Shown here piece by piece: positions 18,431 to 27,354 of a stretch of DNA of 64,000 bases (within the stretch, counting starts at the first letter, position 1; each line of letters opens with the position of its first letter). The notes under the pieces were generated by a model. It did no database searches. It saw only the letters and a program-made list of their open reading frames with translations, and was not told the DNA's origin. The position numbers and the translations under genes are program-made. The DNA is taken from contig JBAZBY010000001.1 in assembly GCA_041671225.1 (NCBI GenBank), positions 109,963-173,962 on the forward strand, read 5' to 3'. This DNA comes from Patescibacteria group bacterium. Lineage in GTDB: Bacteria > Patescibacteriota > Patescibacteriia > JBAZBY01.

Positions 18431-19153
18431 CTACTGCGCCAATGCCTTCTCAATCGCGGTCGTAAGGCCTGCCGCATCAGCGCCAACAACACGCTCATCA
18501 CCTACGAAAAATGTTGGCGTTGAATTAATATTTTTTCGCGCCGCTTCGCGAATATCCTCATCAACGTTGTTTTGCGTTGCCTTTGAATCAATGCACGTTT
18601 GAAACGCTTCTGTATCCATCTCAAGCTGTGATGCATAGGTCATGAGGGTATCCGTAAGTTCAGTGCTCCCAAGGGCTTCCCAACTCGTCTGATTCGTGAA
18701 CAAGAGATTATGAAAATCCCAATACTTTCCTTCCTGCAAATTTGCGCAATTTGCTGCGATGGCTGCGGCCTCCGCATTGCGATGAATGGATTTTAATGGA
18801 AAATCATTATATTCAAGGCGAACCTGATCCCCAAACTGCGTGAGCACACTATCAACGACAGACTCTGCGGAGCGACATGCCGGACACTGGAAGTCTGAAT
18901 ACTCCTGAATGACAACTGTCGCATCAGCATTACCCTTTATGGGATCCACAATAGTATCAACACTGCCTGTTGTTGTCTCAGATGAATTACCAGCAAAAGT
19001 AAGAAGCCAACCAAGTCCCACGACACCAATAACGACAATAAGTATAACGATCATCTTTTGTCGTGACTTACGCTTTGATTCTTCTGACCGAGATTCAAGT
19101 TTTTCCTGCCGCTTCAATTCGCGACGCTGCTTTCGGGTCATCTCTTCTTCCAT
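18431..19153 (-). CDS. DsbA-like thioredoxin-fold thiol:disulfide oxidoreductase, membrane-anchored
   Basis: Charged N-terminus plus a single TM, then a thioredoxin fold with CxxC motif (YSDFQCPACR). Confidence 0.75.
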   Translation of the reverse strand: MEEEMTRKQRRELKRQEKLESRSEESKRKSRQKMIVILIVVIGVVGLGWLLTFAGNSSETTTGSVDTIVDPIKGNADATVVIQEYSDFQCPACRSAESVVDSVLTQFGDQVRLEYNDFPLKSIHRNAEAAAIAANCANLQEGKYWDFHNLLFTNQTSWEALGSTELTDTLMTYASQLEMDTEAFQTCIDSKATQNNVDEDIREAARKNINSTPTFFVGDERVVGADAAGLTTAIEKALAQ

Positions 19154-19162
19154 GGGTTTGCC

Positions 19163-19843
19163 TTAAAAGTAAGTAACGTTGAGCGCAAGACTCTTCTGCC
19201 ATGAAAAACCTTTGCGTACCTCTTCTACGCCATCAAGGAGTAACTGTATTGTCTCTCCCCCATTAGACCAGACGCTCGTACCATCATCCGCAACAGAAGA
19301 AACAATCAACACGCCGGTTTCCTGTGTCTGGCCTTCGTCTGGACGCAACGTCAGTGGACTGATGCGTTCCCAGCCAAGTACGGGATACGTGCGCCCAAGA
19401 TCATCCGTGACACTTGCATAGTCTGCCACGGCAACATTACTGACATCAGCAGTTTCTGTTGTGAGAAGGACAGAAAAAGTCAGAACATCCTCATTCTCTA
19501 AGCGCGCGAGCAAGCGCGAAAGGTCGCGCTGGAAGGACGACGGCTGCGTATAGGCAAAAAGGAGCTGAGTGAGCTCTGGTGTGTACCATGTTGCCTCAGC
19601 CAAAATATTCCCTTCGATATCCGCGCGATGCATGAGTGCAAAGAGTTCGGTGTAGTTATTACGCGCAACGTCAGTTGCGTTTGTCTGTGTTGCTGTCACA
19701 GTAGCAGTATCCTCTGCAGTAAACACGACATTGATCTGCCACAAAAGAAACACCAAAAAACCTACACCGAGCACTCCCATGAGCGCTCGGCTTGTAAGTT
19801 TTTGAACCTGAGTTAACGTTTTATTGGTGAGGTGTTTTTCCAT
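19163..19843 (-). CDS. Hypothetical extracytoplasmic protein with N-terminal TM anchor
   Basis: 226 aa with one N-terminal TM helix and no recognisable motifs; it sits between the two DsbA paralogs. Confidence 0.5.
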   Translation of the reverse strand: MEKHLTNKTLTQVQKLTSRALMGVLGVGFLVFLLWQINVVFTAEDTATVTATQTNATDVARNNYTELFALMHRADIEGNILAEATWYTPELTQLLFAYTQPSSFQRDLSRLLARLENEDVLTFSVLLTTETADVSNVAVADYASVTDDLGRTYPVLGWERISPLTLRPDEGQTQETGVLIVSSVADDGTSVWSNGGETIQLLLDGVEEVRKGFSWQKSLALNVTYF

Positions 19844-19866
19844 TTCCCCTACCCTGTCGCAGATGC

Positions 19867-20658
19867 TTAGAGAAGACCATCAATAACTTGCACGATACTC
19901 TCGTAAGGGAGTGCACCAGAAACAAGCTGTGCCGTTGAAACATCATTGCCCTGCATAATAATCGTACCTGGCGTACCAGTTACCCCTCCATTGGAACCAT
20001 CAGTCGTATCTGCCTGTACTTCGGTAAGATATTCACGGTTATCATAGCAATCCGTAAATGCGCTTTCACTTACACCCAAAGCTGTTGCTTCCTGAAGATA
20101 TAGGTCATCGCCAAGCGTGCTTTGATTCTCGAACATTGCGCTTGTAAAATCCCAGAATTCTTGATTGCCGGCAAGCGCGCCAACGCATTCTGCCGCAAGC
20201 GCGGCTGGTGTTGCATTCGGATGAATGGAATCAAGCGGGAAGTGACGGTAAACCCATGAAATCTGACCGTCATAGGCATCAACAACCTGCTGAAGGGTTG
20301 GATGGTGCCGTTCACAAAAGGTACACTGATAGTCTGAGTATTCAACCATCACAATATCGGCATCTTCTGGTTTTTCGCCAAGATAATAATCTGTTTCACT
20401 ATTTGGCTGGGCAATATCACCAGCAACGGCCGGTGTGGGTTCTGCAGCGGCTGCAGCGGTATTTGTATTCGTTTTTGTGGTGTTCGTTGTCTTTGTTCCG
20501 TCACCGCCAACACCGAGTAAAAGCCCGATGAGCGCTGTGGCGGCTACGCCTAGGAAGAGCCCCATAAAGAATGTTGTCTTTGGGGGTGCATCCAAAATAC
20601 CGCCGCCGGATTGCGAGCCTCGTCTTTCTGACGGGCCGGAATTTTTTTCTGTTGTCAT
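19867..20658 (-). CDS. DsbA-like thioredoxin-fold protein, membrane-anchored (second paralog)
   Basis: N-terminal TM, a low-complexity TKTTNTTKTNTNT linker, and CxxC motif YSDYQCTFCERHHP. Confidence 0.75.
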   Translation of the reverse strand: MTTEKNSGPSERRGSQSGGGILDAPPKTTFFMGLFLGVAATALIGLLLGVGGDGTKTTNTTKTNTNTAAAAAEPTPAVAGDIAQPNSETDYYLGEKPEDADIVMVEYSDYQCTFCERHHPTLQQVVDAYDGQISWVYRHFPLDSIHPNATPAALAAECVGALAGNQEFWDFTSAMFENQSTLGDDLYLQEATALGVSESAFTDCYDNREYLTEVQADTTDGSNGGVTGTPGTIIMQGNDVSTAQLVSGALPYESIVQVIDGLL

Positions 20659-20715
20659 TGTGTATGAAAGTTAATAGACAAGTTACGGTACCCTATTTAT
20701 GGGTCAATCGTCAAA

Positions 20716-21663
20716 TTAATAAACGCTCAAAAAAATGATGGAAGTATCAACCGGAAGTTGCAATGATGGACCAGGAATGCTTTGTAGAGTCTTCTGCACG
20801 CAGTATGGGAGTGCAGTACACATTTCACCAGTTGCGGCTTGCACTTCTGTAGACATTATGAACAACGATAAAACAGAGGCAACAACCACAAGGGCAAGGG
20901 CAAGGAGTCCGGTCTGCGCCCACAACATGAAGCGTGGAATGCCGAGCGGTTCACGAAGTAATTTCTTTACACGTAGCGAGTTTGCAGAAAACGCATGGAC
21001 GGTTATGGGTACGGCCTGCGGTTCGTCGCGTAGCACCTTCACCAGCGCCGCAGCGAGCACGCGCAGGGGCATGAAACGCAATGCGGCTTTGTCTGCTTCG
21101 CGTTCTGCGAGAAAGCGAAGATACTCAACAATAGAATGCGGAAGTAAGAGCACTTTCTCTGCAATGGTCAAAATAAAAGTGAAAAGTGGATGATATGCAT
21201 GCGCATGGCGCGCCTCATGTGCAAGGACTGCCGTAAGCTCCGTGGCGGAAAGCTCTCGCAATAATGCCGTACTGACAACCACCCACGGCTTCAAAAATCC
21301 CGTGGTAAATGCCTCCATGCGGTCAGATTGCACAAGCAACAGGCGAATAGCGTGAAGATGAGACTGCTCAACCAATCCATCGGTCAATGGTATGCGCTGC
21401 GCGGCAAGCGTGCGATGAAATCGCGCTTGAGTAAACAAAATATGTACAATGTGTACGAGCAGCAGCAGTAAAAAAATGGCGGCGGCGGCAGAAAGCCCCC
21501 AGCTCCACCATGGCAGCGTTGCGACTGAACATCCGCAATCCGACGATACACCCGTCAACGCGCCTATTTGATTTACAACAAGAAATATACTCCCACTGAC
21601 CAGTGCGAGAAGAAGAAGGGCAAGTACGCTGATCTGCACATAATAAAAACGTGTCATGTTCAT
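20716..21663 (-). CDS. BlaR1/MecR1-like M56 family membrane metallopeptidase (no C-terminal sensor domain)
   Basis: HExxH zinc motif (LAHEARHAHAYH) within a TM scaffold; 315 aa, too short to include a penicillin-binding sensor domain. Confidence 0.7.
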   Translation of the reverse strand: MNMTRFYYVQISVLALLLLALVSGSIFLVVNQIGALTGVSSDCGCSVATLPWWSWGLSAAAAIFLLLLLVHIVHILFTQARFHRTLAAQRIPLTDGLVEQSHLHAIRLLLVQSDRMEAFTTGFLKPWVVVSTALLRELSATELTAVLAHEARHAHAYHPLFTFILTIAEKVLLLPHSIVEYLRFLAEREADKAALRFMPLRVLAAALVKVLRDEPQAVPITVHAFSANSLRVKKLLREPLGIPRFMLWAQTGLLALALVVVASVLSLFIMSTEVQAATGEMCTALPYCVQKTLQSIPGPSLQLPVDTSIIFLSVY

Positions 21664-22025
21664 GAATCAATGAGCTTCTTCAAGCGCGCCTTAAGTTCTG
21701 GGTCTACCTTACCGATACGATCCATAAACTGCACAATGGCAACATCACCGCATTCCGCAATGAGCGTATCAATAACGTGTTTGGAAGCATCTGCGTGAAA
21801 CGCTTCCTTTGACTTCGCCGCACGATATTCAAAGGCGTTTTTGTCTGGCTTACGTACAAGAATACGCTTATCAACCAAACGATTCATCACCGTCATTGCT
21901 GTGGTGTATGCAACTTTCTTCTTCATTTTCAGTGCACCAAGAACATCGCGTACGGAAACGGCACCGCGTGCCCAGATAACTTCCATGATGGCAGACTCTA
22001 ACGATCCCAAGAGTACTTTCTTCAT
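21660..22025 (-). CDS. BlaI/MecI/CopY family transcriptional repressor
   Basis: 121 aa winged-helix protein (SLESAIMEVIWARGAVSVRDVL...TTAMTVMNRLVDKRIL); it overlaps the start of the M56 peptidase gene by 4 nt. Confidence 0.8.
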   Translation of the reverse strand: MKKVLLGSLESAIMEVIWARGAVSVRDVLGALKMKKKVAYTTAMTVMNRLVDKRILVRKPDKNAFEYRAAKSKEAFHADASKHVIDTLIAECGDVAIVQFMDRIGKVDPELKARLKKLIDS

Positions 22026-22086
22026 AAGCTACTACATAGTGTAGCAGACCAAAAAAGCGCGTCAAGGCTTTGCTGTGGATGATGCG

Positions 22087-23622
22087 TTACGCGATGATGA
22101 ACACGCCTGCAGTGAAGATAAGCAGCAATGTGTAGAGTATTGTTGGCTGGTGCTGCACGCGAATGCGCACGAGAAGTTTCATTGCCAGCGCAAGCACAAG
22201 GAAGAGCATAAAAGCAATGAAGAACTGCTCAGAGAAAATAAGCGCGCGTGCGGCTGCTGTTGGAGTGAATAATGTATCCGGACGCACAATGCCAGTAAAA
22301 GGGCTTGCAATACGACCTACTGATGTTACAGAAATATTCTCTGCTGCATCGCCTGCAACAATGGCAAGATTACGCGTTGGCACTCCTCCTGCTTCTGTTT
22401 GGATCGTTCCGCGAAAGCCATTTGTCGTCTGAATAAGTGGCGTTCGCAAATCACCAAAGGCAAGCTCTGCACGCTCCACATCGCCGTTGATATCAGAGAA
22501 GACATCAACGCGACCAAGATCAGCATACTGGGGAAGAATAAGCGTACTGCCGTCTGCAACACGTGGAGCAGCGGTATCCACTCGTACGGTTACAGGAAAT
22601 GCTGTTTCACTTGCAAGTTCACTTTCTGTATCAAATGTAGAAAGGGTCAATGTATGTGTACCATCAACAAGTGCTACCTCCGCGACAAACACCCCATCAT
22701 CAGATGTGGTTGTGGTTGCGAGTACTTCTTCTCCCTGTACAATCCTCACATCCACGCCAGCAGGGGCTGTGCCACGTATGACTGTGGGGAATGAATTTGC
22801 AAGAAGAATACCTTCTGGAAGGCTAACAGCTGGAGGGGCGGGAGGTACTGCCGGCACTGGCTCCGGTGTTGGTTCTGGAACGGGCGTTGGTTCTGGAGTT
22901 GGAGTCGGCACTGGCTCCGGTGTTGGTTCTGGAACGGGCGTTGGTTCTGGAGTTGGAGTCGGCACTGGCTCCGGTGTTGGTTCTGGAACGGGCGTTGGTT
23001 CTGGAGCTGGGGTCGGTTCTGGAGCTGGAGTTGGCACTTCCGCAACCTGTACTGGTACGGGAGCGCCAAAATGCTGTACCACCACGATTGTTTCCAATCC
23101 TTCAAATTCTCCTTTAACAATACCTATGCCGATCTCAGTGAAGTTGCCGTTAAGAATATTCTTTCTATGTGATGCACTTGCCATCCATGCATTCATGACA
23201 TCCTCTGCAACAAAAAAATCAATCGCAAGATTTTCGCCCGCATACGTATAGCTATACCCTGCTTGCTGGAACCAAAACCACGGCGAAAGGTTATCCGGAC
23301 TTGTATGTGCAAAGTAGCCTTTGGCAAGCATATCATTTGCCTTTGCTGTTGCCGCAGCATTCAAAGTGTTATTCAATGCGAACTGTGAAAGTCCACTATT
23401 CAACCGTTGCTGATTTGTAAGATTCACAAGTACCTGAGTCGTAATATCAGAGACATACCCAATACCTGGCGTAAAGAGAATAAGAGCAACGCTCGCAATT
23501 TTGACTGTCACAAGAAGCGCTGCATACACTTTAAGCAACTTCTTTGAAAGCACGTGCGGAATATGTTGATTCCGTTCGTGTGGGAGAAATGTATCCCAGA
23601 CATGTTGTCCTGTGGTTTTCAT
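22087..23622 (-). CDS. Secreted/surface CAP (SCP/YkwD-like) domain protein with Pro/Thr/Glu-rich repeat linker, Ig-like region and C-terminal TM anchor
   Basis: CAP-domain motifs (GYFAHTSPDNLSP, HRKNILNGNFTEIGIGIV), then a PEPTPVPEPTPEPVPTPT repeat, a beta-rich region and a C-terminal hydrophobic helix. Confidence 0.7.
   Translation of the reverse strand: MKTTGQHVWDTFLPHERNQHIPHVLSKKLLKVYAALLVTVKIASVALILFTPGIGYVSDITTQVLVNLTNQQRLNSGLSQFALNNTLNAAATAKANDMLAKGYFAHTSPDNLSPWFWFQQAGYSYTYAGENLAIDFFVAEDVMNAWMASASHRKNILNGNFTEIGIGIVKGEFEGLETIVVVQHFGAPVPVQVAEVPTPAPEPTPAPEPTPVPEPTPEPVPTPTPEPTPVPEPTPEPVPTPTPEPTPVPEPTPEPVPAVPPAPPAVSLPEGILLANSFPTVIRGTAPAGVDVRIVQGEEVLATTTTSDDGVFVAEVALVDGTHTLTLSTFDTESELASETAFPVTVRVDTAAPRVADGSTLILPQYADLGRVDVFSDINGDVERAELAFGDLRTPLIQTTNGFRGTIQTEAGGVPTRNLAIVAGDAAENISVTSVGRIASPFTGIVRPDTLFTPTAAARALIFSEQFFIAFMLFLVLALAMKLLVRIRVQHQPTILYTLLLIFTAGVFIIA
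22857..23040. repeat. In-frame 54-nt tandem repeat (about 3 copies) encoding an 18-aa PT-rich unit inside the CAP-domain gene
   Basis: Unit CTGGCTCCGGTGTTGGTTCTGGAACGGGCGTTGGTTCTGGAGTTGGAGTCGGCA is repeated nearly perfectly. The last copy is degenerate. Confidence 0.85.
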
Positions 23623-23716
23623 TGCAAACGCATTCTATTTACAATAACAATATACTTTATCAAAAAATTACCTTTTTGTCAAGGTTAGTATACAAAAAAA
23701 TGAACGAGGGGCGCAA

Positions 23717-24865
23717 TTACCGCTTTACATTCAGTGTGGCAGCAATATCCTTCAGCGTTGCAATAATGCGGGGAATATCCTGTTCCTTCGTGGTTCGTCC
23801 AAGCGTGATACGGATACTGCTATTTGCCTCTTCTTCGCTACGGCCAATTGCGCGTAAGACATGCGAAGGATCCTGCTCCACCGTGCTGCATGCGGATCCT
23901 GTGGAGAACATCAATCCTGCTTGTGACGCATAGATTACCAACGCTTCACCATCCAAACCAGGAAGAACCACATTGATATTGTTTGGTAAACGATGCTCGC
24001 GCGAGCCATTCACCTTCATATTTGCAAACGTTCGCTGCAGTTCAATAATGATTCGATCACGCATGGACGTCAGTCTCTGCGACTCATGTTCCTTCTCCTG
24101 TTGGGAAATCTCTAGAGCTCTTGCAAACCCAACAATACCCGCAACATGCTCCGTACCGGATCGCATTCCGCGTTGTTGGCCGCCACCATACATCAATGGC
24201 AGCAAAACCGTCCCCTTCTTCACATAGAGAACGCCCACTCCCTTGGGTCCGTACATCTTAGAACTCGTGAGACTCAATGCATCAACACCAAGCTTGCCGG
24301 TATCAAGGGTGAGTGCGCCCGCAGCCTGCACCGCATCTGTATGAAAAAAAATCTTTCGCTTCGCGAGCGCATGATGAATTTCTCGGATCGGCTGAATCGT
24401 TCCAATCTCATTATTCGCGTAGCCGATTGAAACAAGAATCGTGTCATTGCGCAGGGCGTCCGTAAGCTGCGCCGGATCAACGAGTCCTTCGCTGCTGACG
24501 GGAAGTTCTGTAACATCAAAGCCCTCATCAATAAGGGCACGCGCCGCATAAAGCACAGAATGGTGTTCGATTGCCGTTGTGATGATATGTTTGCCTTTAT
24601 CCTGGTTTGCGCGCGCATAACCAAGAATGGCAAGGTTGTTTGACTCTGTTGCGCCGGACGTAAAAAGAATCTCGTCCGGACGACATTGCAAAAACTGCGC
24701 AACGATCTCGCGAGCTTGCTGCACAGCATGGGAAGCCTCCTCACCCATGGCATGGAGACTTGAAGGATTGCCAAACCGTTCATGAAAAAACGGCTCCACG
24801 GTTTCTCGCACCCGTGGATCAACGGGTGTGGCTGCGGCATAATCGAGATAAAGAATGTCGCGCAC
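23717..24865 (-). CDS. Cysteine desulfurase, NifS/IscS-like (class V aminotransferase)
   Basis: The PLP-Lys region SSHKMYGPKGVGVLYV, a catalytic-Cys loop (SACS) and 382 aa length. Confidence 0.8.
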   Translation of the reverse strand: MRDILYLDYAAATPVDPRVRETVEPFFHERFGNPSSLHAMGEEASHAVQQAREIVAQFLQCRPDEILFTSGATESNNLAILGYARANQDKGKHIITTAIEHHSVLYAARALIDEGFDVTELPVSSEGLVDPAQLTDALRNDTILVSIGYANNEIGTIQPIREIHHALAKRKIFFHTDAVQAAGALTLDTGKLGVDALSLTSSKMYGPKGVGVLYVKKGTVLLPLMYGGGQQRGMRSGTEHVAGIVGFARALEISQQEKEHESQRLTSMRDRIIIELQRTFANMKVNGSREHRLPNNINVVLPGLDGEALVIYASQAGLMFSTGSACSTVEQDPSHVLRAIGRSEEEANSSIRITLGRTTKEQDIPRIIATLKDIAATLNVKR

Positions 24866-25104
24866 TAGTCTTTTGGATATATTTTATTGCCGTCTTCGTC
24901 GTAGATGACAATGGCCTTGACCGGACATGCGCGTGCCGCTTCCAAAATAGTCTCATCATCATTTCCTTTTGGATCCTTTACGCGAGCAATGCCATCTTCA
25001 TCTAACTCAAAAGTAGCACCCGCAATGGCAACGCAGTCTGCAGATGAAATACAAAGGTCGCGATCGACCTCAATCTTGCCAATTTTTACCTTCTTCTCAT
25101 GCAT
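24865..25104 (-). CDS. Small single-cluster ferredoxin
   Basis: 79 aa carrying C-x5-C...CP cysteines (DRDLCISSADCVAIAG...ARACPV), typical of 3Fe/4Fe single-cluster ferredoxins. Confidence 0.6.
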   Translation of the reverse strand: MHEKKVKIGKIEVDRDLCISSADCVAIAGATFELDEDGIARVKDPKGNDDETILEAARACPVKAIVIYDEDGNKIYPKD

Positions 25105-25143
25105 GCGCCTGCAGTATACGAAAGCTCTCGTGACGGGTCAATG

Positions 25144-25506
25144 CTATGTACTGCTATGTAAGGCATCGAGTGGCAGCGTCGCACATTTTTCCCGTGCTGT
25201 CGTTACCGGTGAACCAAGTAGCTTCATCATATCGTTCTTATCCATACCCTTCAGCTCTTCTATATTTTTACCCTTGGCATATTCAGTGAACAAAGAAGTT
25301 GCCGCCTGAGAAATAGTGCACCCCTGTCCTTCAAAACTTATCTCCTGCACAATACCGGCGTCATCTATTTTTATATACAGCGTTATGGAGTCCCCGCACA
25401 ATGTATTATTGCGATCGAGAGTGAGATTTGCATTCTCTAGTTTCTTCCTGTTCCGTGGATTCTTGCCATGGTCCAAAACATTTGCCTGGTACATTTCAAA
25501 ACTCAT
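25144..25506 (-). CDS. Fe-S cluster scaffold protein, SufU/IscU (NifU N-terminal domain) family
   Basis: Three conserved cysteines (LCGDSI, GQGCTISQA, REKCATLP) in a 120-aa protein. Confidence 0.8.
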   Translation of the reverse strand: MSFEMYQANVLDHGKNPRNRKKLENANLTLDRNNTLCGDSITLYIKIDDAGIVQEISFEGQGCTISQAATSLFTEYAKGKNIEELKGMDKNDMMKLLGSPVTTAREKCATLPLDALHSST

Positions 25507-26735
25507 AGCGTTATCCCGCTCTTAAAAATATCTAATGCTTTTGTGATCGCTTCAGCGGTGCGATCAATATCTTCCTTCGTATTATAGATGAAAAAACTCG
25601 CGCGTGTCGTTGCGGCAAGGCCAAAGCGCTCATGTAATGGCTGCGTGCAATGATGGCCCGCACGAACATACACGCCCTGTTCATCCAACATCGAACCGGC
25701 ATCATGAGGATGAAGTCCCTCAAAGTGCATAGAAAATACCGCACCACGGTTCTTTGCGTCGTGTGGTCCAAGAATACGCACATCGGCTAGCAAGCCGAGC
25801 GTTTCTAAACCATGCGTCGTCAGTGCCTGCTCATGCTTCCAAATTTCCTCACGCCCCAATTTTTCTATATAGTCTATCGCTGCGCCAAACGCAATAACGC
25901 CAGCGATATCCGGCGTACCTGCTTCAAACTTCCAGGGCAAATCGTTCCAGACAGATTCCTCCTTTGTTACGGAAAGAATCATATCACCGCCAAACAAAAA
26001 TGGCGGGATGCTTTTTAAAAGCTCCTTCTTGGCAAAAAGAACGCCCACGCCAGAAGGGCCGCACATTTTATGACTGGACATCACCAGCGCATCACAACCG
26101 ATCTCCTGCACATCGATAGGGATATGCGCTCCAGACTGTGCAGCATCAACAATAAAAAGTGCTCCGTGAGCTTTTACGACTTTTGCCGCTTCGTGAATAT
26201 CATTCACGGTGCCGAGGGTATTTGACATGTGCACCATGGAAACAAGCTTTGTGCGTTCGGTAAGGAGCGCGTGCAGCGCAGAAAGCTCCAAACGGCCATC
26301 GTCTGTTACGGGCCAAAACGTCAAAACAGCCTTCTTGCGCTTGGCAAGCTGCTGCCAGGGTACAATATTCGCGTGATGCTCCATTTCCGTAACAATAATC
26401 TCATCACCTTCCTGAATCTCCTGTTCACCCCATGTGTATGCGAGGAGATTCAATGATTCTGTGGCATTGCGTGTCCATACGATTTCTTCTGTCCCACTCG
26501 CATGCAAAAAAGCGCGCACTTTTTCGCGCGCAGCCTCATACTGATTCGTTGCATCAACGCTCCACTTATAAACACCGCGATGAATATTTGCATACGTGGT
26601 GCGCTGTACATGCGCCTCAGTATCAATCACCACTGCCGGTTTCTGTGATGATGCCGTACTGTCTGCAAAGACAACACCCGCAGCTCCAGGCTGCTGAAAA
26701 ATAGGAAAATCTTTTTTGATGATACTACCGTCCAT
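25503..26735 (-). CDS. sufS: Cysteine desulfurase SufS (group II)
   Basis: Start placed at the internal ATG (MDGSIIKKDFPIF) 10 nt after the sufD stop. Motifs SSHKMCGPSGVGVLF and RAGHHCTQPL are present. Confidence 0.85.
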   Translation of the reverse strand: MDGSIIKKDFPIFQQPGAAGVVFADSTASSQKPAVVIDTEAHVQRTTYANIHRGVYKWSVDATNQYEAAREKVRAFLHASGTEEIVWTRNATESLNLLAYTWGEQEIQEGDEIIVTEMEHHANIVPWQQLAKRKKAVLTFWPVTDDGRLELSALHALLTERTKLVSMVHMSNTLGTVNDIHEAAKVVKAHGALFIVDAAQSGAHIPIDVQEIGCDALVMSSHKMCGPSGVGVLFAKKELLKSIPPFLFGGDMILSVTKEESVWNDLPWKFEAGTPDIAGVIAFGAAIDYIEKLGREEIWKHEQALTTHGLETLGLLADVRILGPHDAKNRGAVFSMHFEGLHPHDAGSMLDEQGVYVRAGHHCTQPLHERFGLAATTRASFFIYNTKEDIDRTAEAITKALDIFKSGITL

Positions 26736-27354
26736 AGTATGAGAATAAACTCGCAAGCTTCGCGTGCATGGCGCTCTGCACATCATCTGGCATATACCGC
26801 AGCACGCTTGTTGCAAATCCTTTCACAATATACTCCTCGGCTTCTCCTTCTGTAAAACCACGACTCATAAGAAAGAATCTCTGCAAAGGGTCCACAGGAC
26901 CTGCGGTTGCTGCATGAAAAGCCTTCACGTCATCTGCCTCAATCTCCAATGCGGGAATTGCTGTAGCATGGGCGTCCTGAGAAAGAAGCAATGAATGCTG
27001 GTGCAGTTCGCCGTTGGATTTCTGCCCCGCAGGAAGAATGTGAATGTTGCCCTTAAAGACAAACTGCGATGAATCGGAAAGAATGGCGTCAATATGCACC
27101 TTACCTTCTGTGGCGCGCGCGGCATGAATAGTATTTACCTCGATAGTATTCTTTTCATCTGCGTCTCCGATAAACAACCCATAGATCTCACCGCGGGCGC
27201 CTTCTCCTTCCAATATCATCGTCATGTATCGCGGCGTTGCGTCCCCATGAAGCGGCAGAAACAATGTCAGCGCCGCGCGCGCAGGAACGCGAATATCCAT
27301 ATGTTCTGGTATGTCGTTCAACACGAGCTGCTTTGTTTCACCAGCGGCAATCAT
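26725..27354 (-). CDS. sufD: Fe-S assembly protein SufD (short form)
   Basis: The SufD beta-helix C-terminal region (FFLMSRGFTEGEAEEYIVKGF) is present; length is 209 aa, and it overlaps sufB by 4 nt. Confidence 0.75.
   Translation of the reverse strand: MIAAGETKQLVLNDIPEHMDIRVPARAALTLFLPLHGDATPRYMTMILEGEGARGEIYGLFIGDADEKNTIEVNTIHAARATEGKVHIDAILSDSSQFVFKGNIHILPAGQKSNGELHQHSLLLSQDAHATAIPALEIEADDVKAFHAATAGPVDPLQRFFLMSRGFTEGEAEEYIVKGFATSVLRYMPDDVQSAMHAKLASLFSYYGR

Noticed and set aside
22857-23040. Tandem repeats considered as a CRISPR array
   Set aside because: The units are contiguous with no spacers, are in-frame and encode a PT-rich linker; no other repeat-spacer arrays were seen anywhere in the window.
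22487-23251. 254-aa Gly/Ser/Val-rich ORF on the + strand
   Set aside because: It is an antisense mirror of the PT-rich tandem repeat inside the CAP-domain gene; its low-complexity translation is an artefact of the repeat.
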